Positions 10,086-18,995 of a stretch of DNA of 64,000 nt are shown here, one piece after another. A program made the translations under genes and the position numbers. The stretch's first letter is position 1. Each line of letters starts with the position of its first letter. The notes under the pieces are model-generated. The model saw only the letters and a program-made list of their open reading frames with translations, was not told the origin of the DNA and searched no databases. The stretch is taken from contig JAHISJ010000026.1 of assembly GCA_018818205.1 (NCBI GenBank), forward strand, positions 29,994 through 93,993, given 5' to 3'. The DNA is from Patescibacteria group bacterium. Lineage in GTDB: Bacteria; Patescibacteriota; JABMPQ01; JAHIRA01.

Positions 10086-11186
10086 TTATTTTCTTGAGCA
10101 CGCCTCAACCAACACATCCAACGTCTCTTTTGCGGCCTCATTCCATGAAAACAAAAGAGCATCCCTCCGACCATTTTCATTGTGGTACACTTTCCCATCT
10201 AAAACTTTCTTCATGCCGTCTTTAATGCTCTTAATATCAAACGGTGCAACAAGCGCGCACTTTCTCTCACAAATCTCTTCCATCGGACTATTTTTAGACG
10301 TAACGACAGGCACCCCAAGATACTGGGCATCCAAAACAGGCATACCAAACCCTTCAAACAGGCTCGGGAAAACAAGTGCAGTAGCTTTTTTGAGATAGCA
10401 GTAGTACTCTTTGTCAGAAACATATCCACGCGCAACCACATCACTCGCATATTTTGATGACTCAATTAGGTCACTACACTCTCTTAGAAAATAGTCAGTT
10501 TTACTCCCTGCCAAAATAAGTTGGACATTGACGTAGGCTATTTCTTTCTTTATTTCAAAAAAAGCCCTGAGAAGCCGTTTAATATTCTTTCTCTCTTCAA
10601 GTCTCCCAATAAAAAAGAAATAGGGTCTTTTCTTTTCAAAACATGAAAGCGATGCTCCAGCCTGCTCTATCTCCTGCGCAATACTCCCATGACGAATCAC
10701 TGAAACTTTTTTTTGCGGTACGCCATAGAACGATTCAAGATCTTTTTTTGTGTGTTCGCTGGGAACAATGACGCTCTTTGAATGACGAGCACCAAATCGC
10801 GTCGTCAGCCGCATATACAATCTATCTAAAAAAGAATACCCATCTGTTGTTTTTTCATACTCAAGACCATGCACCGTCACTACTGTTTTACGCCGATAGA
10901 GGAAAGGGACAATATGCGACGGTACAAACAAAATATCAAGCTTATCGCTGCGAGCAGCACGCGCAAGCGCACCTTGCGACCACAAAAAACGTCCTTTAAC
11001 AATACGTTCAAGTTTACGGTCGCTTAATAAACACCTCAGTTCATGCGGTAATTTTTCTTTTGTGTATAAGACAAAACGAGCTTCAGTGGGAAGCTGAAGC
11101 AGGTGCAAAATGAGATAATATGAATAGTTTTCCGTTCCAGTTCGTTTTTTTTTCGCCGCCCTTGATGCGTCTATGCCGATAACCAT
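10086..11186 (-). CDS. Glycosyltransferase family 4
   Basis: GIDASRA..KRTGTENY, GRLEERKN, FPSLFEGFGMPVL. Confidence 0.92.
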   Translation of the reverse strand: MVIGIDASRAAKKKRTGTENYSYYLILHLLQLPTEARFVLYTKEKLPHELRCLLSDRKLERIVKGRFLWSQGALARAARSDKLDILFVPSHIVPFLYRRKTVVTVHGLEYEKTTDGYSFLDRLYMRLTTRFGARHSKSVIVPSEHTKKDLESFYGVPQKKVSVIRHGSIAQEIEQAGASLSCFEKKRPYFFFIGRLEERKNIKRLLRAFFEIKKEIAYVNVQLILAGSKTDYFLRECSDLIESSKYASDVVARGYVSDKEYYCYLKKATALVFPSLFEGFGMPVLDAQYLGVPVVTSKNSPMEEICERKCALVAPFDIKSIKDGMKKVLDGKVYHNENGRRDALLFSWNEAAKETLDVLVEACSRK

Positions 11187-11187
11187 G

Positions 11188-12195
11188 TTATTTTGCTGAG
11201 AGAATGCTTCGTTTATATGATTCTAAATTTTCGAGTGCAATGCCCGTGCCCCGCGCCACGCAAAGTAATGGATCGTCAGCAACATAACACGGAACTCCAG
11301 TTGAATTGCTAATAAGTGTATCAAACTTTCTAAGCAATGCTCCGCCGCCAGAGAGCACCATTCCTTTATCTATAACATCGGCAGCAAGTTCTGGCGGTGT
11401 CTCTTGAAGCACTGATTTAACCGCCTGAATAATCTCGGTAAGTTCGTCTTTTATTGCCTCTGCAACCTCATTTGAAGTTACTGTGATTGTTTTTGGAAGA
11501 CCTTCAATCATGTCTCTACCTCTAATCTCAAGTTCTTCTTCTTTATCAACAGTTAATGCAGTACCAATACGTAGTTTAATCTCCTCAGAGGTTTGGTCAC
11601 CTATAGCAAGGCCATGTTCTTTTCTAATAAACTCTGCAATCGCGGAGTCAAACTTGTTCCCCGCAACTCTCACAGACGTAGATGACACAATGCCGCCAAG
11701 ACAGATAACAGCAATTTCCGTAGTGCCACCACCGATATCAATAATCATATTGCCGCTTGACTGTGCAATGGGAATACCTGAACCAATGGCAGCTGCAACA
11801 GGCTCTTTAATAATGTATGCTGCTTTAGCACCTGCCTGCATAGTTGCATCAACCACCGCACGCCGCTCAGTACTTGTAATCCCTGCAGGAACAGACACCA
11901 TGACCTCAGGCCTAAAAAACCGAATGTTGCCAATCGATTTATTAATAAAATAGCGAAGCATTGCCTCAGTAACTCGGTAATCAGCAATAACTCCTTCCTT
12001 CATTGGCTGAGACGCTACAATCGTATCAGGCGTTCTCCCAAGCATCTCTTTTGCCTCATTACCAACAGCAAGAACTTGATTGTCCTCAATAGACACAGCA
12101 ACCACCGATGGCTCATTAAGCACGATTCCTCGTTTTGGTAAAAAAACGAGCGTGTTTGCCGTGCCAAGGTCAATACCAATTTGCTTATTAAACAC
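11188..12195 (-). CDS. mreB: Rod shape-determining protein MreB
   Basis: IGIDLGTANT, EPSVVA, DIGGGTTE, GGGALL. Confidence 0.97.
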   Translation of the reverse strand: MFNKQIGIDLGTANTLVFLPKRGIVLNEPSVVAVSIEDNQVLAVGNEAKEMLGRTPDTIVASQPMKEGVIADYRVTEAMLRYFINKSIGNIRFFRPEVMVSVPAGITSTERRAVVDATMQAGAKAAYIIKEPVAAAIGSGIPIAQSSGNMIIDIGGGTTEIAVICLGGIVSSTSVRVAGNKFDSAIAEFIRKEHGLAIGDQTSEEIKLRIGTALTVDKEEELEIRGRDMIEGLPKTITVTSNEVAEAIKDELTEIIQAVKSVLQETPPELAADVIDKGMVLSGGGALLRKFDTLISNSTGVPCYVADDPLLCVARGTGIALENLESYKRSILSAK

Positions 12196-12206
12196 TAGCG
12201 TTATCG

Positions 12207-13478
12207 TTAACTATTATTCTCTTCACGGACAATATGCGCACCAAGCGCAGTCAACTTCTTATCAATGTTCTCGTATCCCCTATCAATTTGTGCAATATTA
12301 TCAATAACACTTTCTCCTTCAGCAACCAGGGCTGCGAGTATAAGCGTTGCACCTGCCCGAAGATCAAAGCTCATCATTGTTTTTCCAGTGAGCAATGTCT
12401 TCCCAGTAATGAGTGCACGGTGGGGATCACAAATCACTGCGTTTGCTCCCATGTTCTGCAACTCAGGAATGTAGTTTCTTAGTCTTCCTTCATACAAAGT
12501 CTCGTGAACCATTGTTGTTCCTTCTGCCTGCGTCATCAAAAGCGCAAAGGGTGGCAATAAATCAGAAGGGAATCCTGGATATGGCAACGACTGAATTGCA
12601 CCGAGAGGTCTGATTTTTTTAGGCTTCTTAGCAGTAATAGCCGACTTTTCTACCGTTACAGGGATACCGGCATCTTCAAATGCTAAAAGTTCACGTTTCA
12701 TAAACTCAGGTGCAGCATTGGTCACCCGCACTTCTCCAAGGAGCGCACCAGCAACCAAAAATGTTCCCACTTCTATGGGATCTGCAATAAGCGTATGCTC
12801 AAACCCGGAAAGGGTGTTTGCTCCCAAAATAGAAAGCTCATGTGTCCCTTTACCAGATATTTGCGCACCCATTTTTTCTAAAACCGTAAGGCAGTCATAT
12901 ACATGTGGTTCAGCCGCTGCAAGAGAGATAGTAGTTGTTCCTTGAGCACGCGCTGCCGCAAGACACGTATTCTCTGTCGCGGTTACACTGATTTCTTGTA
13001 AAACAATATCTACTCCTTTAAGTCCTTTTGGAGCCTCAAGCACGATAGTATCATCAGAATCAACGGGCAAAGCACCGAGCTTTTCAAGTGCACTCAGATG
13101 AGTTGAAATAGGCCGTGAGCCAATAGAGCATCCACCTGGCTTAGTCATAGAAACACGTCCAAAACGTACGAGCAGTGGTCCGGATAGAAGTACGGACATC
13201 CTAATCTTTTCAATCAAAGAATGTTCTAGTCTCGAAGGATCAAGATTTGCAGTATTAATTTTTACCGTATGCTCATCAGTCCACTGGACTGATGCACCCA
13301 TTTTTTCAAGAATCTCTAAAAGACATACCACGTCATCGATCTTTGGCATGTTATGAATAACACAGTCTTCATCGGTAAGCACCGTAGCCGGGATAATCGA
13401 AGCAGCAGCATTTTTTGAACCACTGACGACAACATCTCCTGAAAGCGTAGCACCTCCCGTAATACGAAATCGTTCCAT
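12207..13478 (-). CDS. murA: UDP-N-acetylglucosamine 1-carboxyvinyltransferase
   Basis: SGSKNAA, PGGCSIGSRP (catalytic Cys), PYPGFPSD, DLRAGA, IDRGYE. Confidence 0.96.
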   Translation of the reverse strand: MERFRITGGATLSGDVVVSGSKNAAASIIPATVLTDEDCVIHNMPKIDDVVCLLEILEKMGASVQWTDEHTVKINTANLDPSRLEHSLIEKIRMSVLLSGPLLVRFGRVSMTKPGGCSIGSRPISTHLSALEKLGALPVDSDDTIVLEAPKGLKGVDIVLQEISVTATENTCLAAARAQGTTTISLAAAEPHVYDCLTVLEKMGAQISGKGTHELSILGANTLSGFEHTLIADPIEVGTFLVAGALLGEVRVTNAAPEFMKRELLAFEDAGIPVTVEKSAITAKKPKKIRPLGAIQSLPYPGFPSDLLPPFALLMTQAEGTTMVHETLYEGRLRNYIPELQNMGANAVICDPHRALITGKTLLTGKTMMSFDLRAGATLILAALVAEGESVIDNIAQIDRGYENIDKKLTALGAHIVREENNS

Positions 13479-13580
13479 AGAAGTATTTTTCCTTTGTTAT
13501 TATACGTTTTCCCTTACAATTTGCAAGGTTGATTTTACACGCAGCATGCCGTATACTGCATGATGTAACTTATAGTGTAA

Positions 13581-15029
13581 GTGTATCATATGGTGTCATG
13601 GAAACGAAGAATTTTCCTTATTGTAGCGCTGATCACTTTTTGTACCGTATCGATCACCTTGGTGTTTTATGCCATGGGATACCGGTACAGCATAGACAAC
13701 AATGAAGTTCGATTTGTTGGACTTATTGACGTAGAAACACTACCAAAAAGTGTCAGAGTATACCTAAACGATACCCTTATTACACGTTCAACACCTAAAC
13801 AAATCAAGGATTTATTTCCACGAATCTACACCGTGCGCGTAGAAAAGGATGGTCACAACACGTGGCAAAAAAATGTATTTGTTGAATCAAAGAAGGTTAC
13901 GTGGATAAAAAACGTTCGCTTGTTTTTGAGCAATCCTACAATAGAAACACTCGTACCCGTAAAATCCGAATCCTACACAGTTTTTGATGATGGAAAAAAG
14001 ATTCTTTATACAAAAAACAACGAAGATTCAAAGGGCTTGTTTCTGTATGATGTGAAAGACAAAAAAATTACTCATATTTTTCCCGGTGAAAAAGAGTTTC
14101 TTTCTGACAAGATCCTCATAGATGAAGTAACCTACACAAATACGCTTTACTCAAATGATGGTAAGCTTTCCTTGCTCACACTTAGTGAATCCTCTGGCAA
14201 CGAGCACTACGTGCTTGTCCCCACTGATAAACCGGAATCGTCTAAGCTTATTACCAACGATGCACTGTCACCTACATCAACAAGTCACATTACTCTTGAC
14301 CCTAAAAACACAAACCATATCTACTTTATATCTGAAAATACCCTTTTTCTCTACGATCTTGAGAAAGAAGAAATCACAAAAATAAATGAAAATAGTGCCA
14401 CCTTTACGATCCACGAAGGCACTTTGTACGTTGCAGAAAAAAGTAAAGAGGGCAAAACAACAATTACACGCACACAAGACAGTATGTTCACTTTTGGTGA
14501 AAGTGTCGAAACACTCACCACCCTTTCTGCTGAAACAGTTTCTAGCATAGTTGCAAACGGAAACGGAGATATGGCAGTATTAGATTCAAAAAAGAACGTA
14601 TACCTTTACAATGCAGAAACAAAAGAAACCAAGCACATAGGATCACACATAAATAACCTTCTTTTTTCTAAGAGTGGAAAAAAGCTTCTCTTTTATAACG
14701 ATCAAGAGGTCTACTTCTATGAGATTTCTGAAAAAGAACTCGAGCAGCTAAAGCAACCGTATTCCACAAATACCACCAACCTTATTACCAGATACAGTAA
14801 ACAAATCACAGGAGCCGGGTTTTACGCCGATGAGGAGTGGGTATATGTCGCTTTCAATGATAGCCTGAAGCTCATTGAATTAGACGAGAGAGACAAACGT
14901 AATACATACCAGGCATTAACTGATTTTCCACTCGATCCATCCATTTTCTTTGATAAAGAAGGTGAAACACTTTTTATGCTGAATAAAGATACTAAACAAA
15001 TCCAGTCTGAAGTGATTTTTGAGAAATAA
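13581..15029 (+). CDS. Membrane-anchored PEGA-domain / beta-propeller protein
   Basis: N-terminal TM followed by YAMGYR, PEGA-like GLIDVETLP...YTVRVEKDG, and a beta-rich C-terminus. Confidence 0.75.
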   Translation: MYHMVSWKRRIFLIVALITFCTVSITLVFYAMGYRYSIDNNEVRFVGLIDVETLPKSVRVYLNDTLITRSTPKQIKDLFPRIYTVRVEKDGHNTWQKNVFVESKKVTWIKNVRLFLSNPTIETLVPVKSESYTVFDDGKKILYTKNNEDSKGLFLYDVKDKKITHIFPGEKEFLSDKILIDEVTYTNTLYSNDGKLSLLTLSESSGNEHYVLVPTDKPESSKLITNDALSPTSTSHITLDPKNTNHIYFISENTLFLYDLEKEEITKINENSATFTIHEGTLYVAEKSKEGKTTITRTQDSMFTFGESVETLTTLSAETVSSIVANGNGDMAVLDSKKNVYLYNAETKETKHIGSHINNLLFSKSGKKLLFYNDQEVYFYEISEKELEQLKQPYSTNTTNLITRYSKQITGAGFYADEEWVYVAFNDSLKLIELDERDKRNTYQALTDFPLDPSIFFDKEGETLFMLNKDTKQIQSEVIFEK

Positions 15030-15049
15030 TAGGATTGATGTTCGTTGTA

Positions 15050-15065
15050 GTAGGGGCGCCCCTGC
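15050..15065. repeat. Truncated GTAG-type REP-like palindrome
   Basis: GTAGGGGCGCCCCTGC; related to the copy at 41625-41651. Confidence 0.55.
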
Positions 15066-15070
15066 GAAAC

Positions 15071-15099
15071 AAAAAACTCCCCATACTGGAGAGTTTTTT
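15071..15099. terminator. Bidirectional terminator
   Basis: AAAAAACTC-CCCATACTGGA-GAGTTTTTT between convergent genes. Confidence 0.7.
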
Positions 15100-15121
15100 A
15101 AATTCATATTGCTAACGAGAC

Positions 15122-15550
15122 CTAACGCTTTGCCCACTGCGGCGCTCGTCTAGCTCCCCTCAGTCCGTATTTCTTTCTTTCTTTCATGCGTGAGTCTCTT
15201 TTGAGAAATCCTGCCTTTTTAAGTGGCAACCGTAAATCTTTATTGTACGTCTGAAGTGCTCGGGATAGACCAAGTCTAATCGCCTCAGCCTGTCCTTTTT
15301 TACCGCCACCTTTAACCCTCGCTTCCACTTTGTATTTCTTCTCTGCATCATCGCCAATAAGTGTAAGCGGCGCCTTTGCCACCAATGGAAGTTCATTATC
15401 AATAAAAAACTTCTCAAGTGATTTAGTGTTAACAATAAACCCGGTTCCTTTGTAAATACGAACAAGTGCGACTGCGGTTTTTCTTCGTCCAACAGCGGCA
15501 ATGTAGGTCTTTTCGTCTAGCTTAGGCTTCTTTTCTGTGGTTGTAGTCAT
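15122..15550 (-). CDS. rpsI: 30S ribosomal protein S9
   Basis: GRRKTAVA, GGGKKGQAEAIRLG, ERKKYGLRGARRAPQWAKR. Confidence 0.98.
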   Translation of the reverse strand: MTTTTEKKPKLDEKTYIAAVGRRKTAVALVRIYKGTGFIVNTKSLEKFFIDNELPLVAKAPLTLIGDDAEKKYKVEARVKGGGKKGQAEAIRLGLSRALQTYNKDLRLPLKKAGFLKRDSRMKERKKYGLRGARRAPQWAKR

Positions 15551-15558
15551 AAAACAAA

Positions 15559-15990
15559 TTAGTTATGCGAAAAGTGTTCTTTGTATGGATGATCAGTTCC
15601 CTCTACTACTTTAAGTCTTTTCAATCGTTCGTTTGCAAGCTTATTTTTAGGAAGCATCATCTCAACTGATTTTTTAAAAAGTGATACCGGGTCTTTTGAA
15701 GCCTTTTCTTCAAATGATTTTTCTTTAATTGACCCAGGATACCAGGAATGGCTGTAGTATTTTTTATCAGTTCGCTTGTTCCCTGTTACCTTTAGCTTGT
15801 CAACATTTGTTACCACCACATTATCACCAAAATCCTGATGTGGTGTATACTGTACCTTCTTTTTACCAATAAGATGTGTTGCAACCAAACTTACCACGCG
15901 ACCAAAAGTCTCTTTTGAAGCATCAACTTCAAGCCATGCACGCGTATACTCTTTGTTGCTATCTGCTAGCGGTGTTTTTCTTCTTTTCAT
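15559..15990 (-). CDS. rplM: 50S ribosomal protein L13
   Basis: W..VDA...FGR, YTPHQDFGDNVVV, MLPKNKL; start reassigned to the ATG at 15990. Confidence 0.96.
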   Translation of the reverse strand: MKRRKTPLADSNKEYTRAWLEVDASKETFGRVVSLVATHLIGKKKVQYTPHQDFGDNVVVTNVDKLKVTGNKRTDKKYYSHSWYPGSIKEKSFEEKASKDPVSLFKKSVEMMLPKNKLANERLKRLKVVEGTDHPYKEHFSHN

Positions 15991-15995
15991 AGTAT

Positions 15996-16352
15996 TTACA
16001 CTAATTCTACTTGGCACACAAGTGCATTATCACCTTGTCTATTACCTATTTTTATCACTCGCGTCATTCCACTTGCTCCCTTGCTATATTTGGGCAGTAC
16101 TTCCTTTAAAAACTTCTTCTCAACTTCTTTATTGTTAAGCAGTGAATGTAGGATGCGCTTCTTATTCCGAGAATCTTGCGCTTTCATGGTCTTTGTGACT
16201 AACTGTTCATATGACGATGAAACAACTCGTGCTTTTGCAGACGTTAACTGAAGTTTCTCATTCATAATGAGATCATTCATAAGACTTCGCACCATAAGGT
16301 TGCGATGGCTTGATTGCTTTCTTAACTTATCTCTCTTCTTACGATGACGCAT
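15996..16352 (-). CDS. rplQ: 50S ribosomal protein L17
   Basis: MRHRKK..KL...SSHR, GMTRVIKIGNRQGDNA. Confidence 0.96.
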   Translation of the reverse strand: MRHRKKRDKLRKQSSHRNLMVRSLMNDLIMNEKLQLTSAKARVVSSSYEQLVTKTMKAQDSRNKKRILHSLLNNKEVEKKFLKEVLPKYSKGASGMTRVIKIGNRQGDNALVCQVELV

Positions 16353-17308
16353 TACTTTTCTTCCTCATGTAATGTTAAGTCGAGTTTTTTTAGCGACGAC
16401 TTTATCTCTTTTAGTGCAGTTTCACCAAAACCTTCAAGTGAAAGCAAATCCCCTTCTGAACGTGAAGCAAGATCACCAACAGTTCTAATCTTTGCTCTAT
16501 CAAGTGCATTTGATGTTCGCGTTGAAAGATTGAGTTTTTGCACAATAGTATCAAGGACTGTATCAGGTTCTTCTACGTCTTCTTTCTTCTCTTCCTCTTT
16601 CATCTCCTCTTCCTTCTTTGCAGATTTTGCCCCAGTAATAAATGCGAAGTGATCAACAAGTAGCTCAGATGACTTAGTTAATGCTTCACGAGGAGAAATA
16701 GTACCATCAGTTACAATAGAAATTCTTAGCTGATCATAGTCTGTCCTCTGTCCAACACGAATGTTTTGAATATCATAGCTTACCTTTTCTATAGGACAAT
16801 ACGATGAATCAATCAAGATCATACCAATGTCTAAATCTTCACCATTCTTTTTCTCGACTGGTACATATCCTCTACCCTTTTCTACCATAAGTTCAGCCTC
16901 AAAATGCGCATCTTTGTTTGTTGCAGTAGCTATAAGAAGATCCGGAGTAACTATCTCGACATCTGACGGTGTTTCAATATCCTTAGCAAGAATATCTTTC
17001 TTACCTTTTACATCGAGCTTAAGGGTAACAGGCTCATCGCTATGAACCTTAAGTCTAAGCATCTTTAAATTCAAGATAATTTCAATAACATCCTCTTTGA
17101 TATTATCAAGAGTATCAAATTCATGACTTGCGCCCTTAATTTTTACACCACTTACAGCAGCTCCAGGAAGTGATGAAAGAAGAACACGTCTAAGCGCATT
17201 GCCAAGGGTATGGCCATAACCAGGATAGCACGGTTCAACGATAAAAATACCTTCGTTGCCCTCTTCTTTTTCTAACTTGATTGTATTTGGAATAAGTATC
17301 GCCTCCAT
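16352..17308 (-). CDS. rpoA: RNA polymerase subunit alpha
   Basis: EPCYPGYGHTLGNALRRVLLSSLPG, RVGQRTDYD, LNLSTRTSNAL; start at the ATG at 17308. Confidence 0.97.
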   Translation of the reverse strand: MEAILIPNTIKLEKEEGNEGIFIVEPCYPGYGHTLGNALRRVLLSSLPGAAVSGVKIKGASHEFDTLDNIKEDVIEIILNLKMLRLKVHSDEPVTLKLDVKGKKDILAKDIETPSDVEIVTPDLLIATATNKDAHFEAELMVEKGRGYVPVEKKNGEDLDIGMILIDSSYCPIEKVSYDIQNIRVGQRTDYDQLRISIVTDGTISPREALTKSSELLVDHFAFITGAKSAKKEEEMKEEEKKEDVEEPDTVLDTIVQKLNLSTRTSNALDRAKIRTVGDLASRSEGDLLSLEGFGETALKEIKSSLKKLDLTLHEEEK

Positions 17309-17380
17309 AGTATGTTTCTCCGATAAATTGTTAATAGCACTAAACAAACACTTTACTCGTGGTAGCACACACGTAAGACA

Positions 17381-18061
17381 CTAAACACGTCTTACTTTTT
17401 TAGATCTGCACCCATTGTGTGGCACCGGCGTTACATCTTGAATAACATTAATTGCAAGACCACCACTTGATAATGCCCGTACTGCAGCTTCACGTCCACC
17501 CCCAATGCCTTTTACAAAAACATCTACTTCTGAGAGGCCAGTATCTTTAACTTTATCAAGAACCGTACGGGTAATAATCGTCGCAGCGTATGGTGTTGCT
17601 TTCTTTGGCCCTCTGAAATTGGAAAGTCCTGCACTACCCCATGCTAGAGTATTTCCGTTTAAATCAGTAATAGTAACAATAGTATTGTTGTACGTAGATT
17701 TAATAAACACCTTCCCACGAGAAATCTTTCTGCGTACCTTTCCTTTCTTCTTTCGTTTCTTCTTTGGCTTTTCCTCTTTCTTTTCTTCTCTTTGAGAGTC
17801 CGTCTTTGGTCCTGAGCTCAGACCTTGAGAGGAGGAATCCTCTCCTCGAGTCTGAGCGACCTCGGAGTCGAGGTCAGAGCCTCGAACGGCCTTTTCTTGA
17901 GTCTTCTTTTCTTTCATTTCAGCATCCTTGCCTTTCTTCGCTTCCTTTGTATCTGATGTATCTGAAACTTCCTTCTTTGCAGCAGGTTTCTTCTTTTTTT
18001 CCTCCGACTCAGGAGTTTTAGAGTCAGGAGCTGTCTCTTCTTTTTTCTTGGAGTCGTTCAT
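17381..18061 (-). CDS. rpsK: 30S ribosomal protein S11 with a ~105-aa charged N-terminal extension containing a palindromic insert
   Basis: STYNNTIVTITD, KKATPYAA, DVTPVPHNGCR. Confidence 0.96.
   Translation of the reverse strand: MNDSKKKEETAPDSKTPESEEKKKKPAAKKEVSDTSDTKEAKKGKDAEMKEKKTQEKAVRGSDLDSEVAQTRGEDSSSQGLSSGPKTDSQREEKKEEKPKKKRKKKGKVRRKISRGKVFIKSTYNNTIVTITDLNGNTLAWGSAGLSNFRGPKKATPYAATIITRTVLDKVKDTGLSEVDVFVKGIGGGREAAVRALSSGGLAINVIQDVTPVPHNGCRSKKVRRV
17791..17886. repeat. 96-bp palindromic element, copy 1 (in-frame in rpsK)
   Basis: Near-identical to 20210-20305; TTYGAG...CTCGAA termini and two internal hairpins. Confidence 0.9.
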
Positions 18062-18078
18062 ATATCTTTAAACTTAGC

Positions 18079-18468
18079 TTAAGTCTTTTGAGCTGCTGGT
18101 TTTCTTCCGCTTCCTGCTGTCCGTCTAATATTTCCCCGAACGGTTCTGGAATTAGTCTTTGTTCGCTGTCCCCGTACAGGCAAATTTTTTGCATGTCTGA
18201 GGCCTCTATACGAACCAATTTCTCTCAGTCTCTTAATATTTAAAAGCTTTTGCTGTCTTAAATCTCCTTCTATCTTGTAGCTCTTTTCTATAATGCTTCT
18301 AAGCTTATTGATATCAGCATCACTCAATTCACGCGCCCTCATATTTGGATCGAGTGAAGCATCTTTGATGAGCTTTTTTGCTCGCACAAGACCAATACCA
18401 TAAATATAGGTAAGAGCTACCTCAATTCTTTTTTCTGACGGAATGTTTACTCCAGCAATACGTGCCAT
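18079..18468 (-). CDS. rpsM: 30S ribosomal protein S13
   Basis: MARIAGVNIP, LTYIYGIG, LPVRGQRTKTNSRT. Confidence 0.98.
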   Translation of the reverse strand: MARIAGVNIPSEKRIEVALTYIYGIGLVRAKKLIKDASLDPNMRARELSDADINKLRSIIEKSYKIEGDLRQQKLLNIKRLREIGSYRGLRHAKNLPVRGQRTKTNSRTVRGNIRRTAGSGRKPAAQKT

Positions 18469-18482
18469 AAATACTTATATTA

Positions 18483-18596
18483 TTATCCCTGTCTTTGCTT
18501 ATGACGAGGATTTGAACAAATGACAAACAAGCACCTTTGGCGCTTAACTATTTTACACTGATCACAAATTCTTTTAACTGAGGCTCTTACCTTCAT
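18483..18596 (-). CDS. rpmJ: 50S ribosomal protein L36 (below the ORF-track cutoff)
   Basis: Manual translation [37 protein letters not shown]. Confidence 0.97.
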   Translation of the reverse strand: MKVRASVKRICDQCKIVKRQRCLFVICSNPRHKQRQG

Positions 18597-18597
18597 G

Positions 18598-18849
18598 CTA
18601 GTTTCTCTTTACAATTCGTCCCTTTGTTAGATCATAGGGACTGAGTTCTACGTCTACTGGATCGCCCGGGAGTACACGAATATAGTTCATCTGCATCTTC
18701 CCTGACACTTTTGCCATAATTGTATGACCATTTTCTAGTTCAACCTTAAACGTCGCATTGGGAAGCATCTCAAGGACTGTACCACTTACCTGAACAACAT
18801 CCTTCTTTTTTCCTGAATTGCTACCCGAATGCTTGTTTTTGTTTCGCAT
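18598..18849 (-). CDS. infA: Translation initiation factor IF-1
   Basis: [19 protein letters not shown]...[11 protein letters not shown]. Confidence 0.97.
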   Translation of the reverse strand: MRNKNKHSGSNSGKKKDVVQVSGTVLEMLPNATFKVELENGHTIMAKVSGKMQMNYIRVLPGDPVDVELSPYDLTKGRIVKRN

Positions 18850-18995
18850 TGAACCTCTATTGCTACAACTTACATAGAATTAAATAATCCCTGCCACAAA
18901 ATAGCAGGTGATATCATACACCTCACCCGTATGCTACCGCTAATTTACGGGAGCGTCAAGGGACAAAGAGTGTATAACATAAAAATGATACCAAT

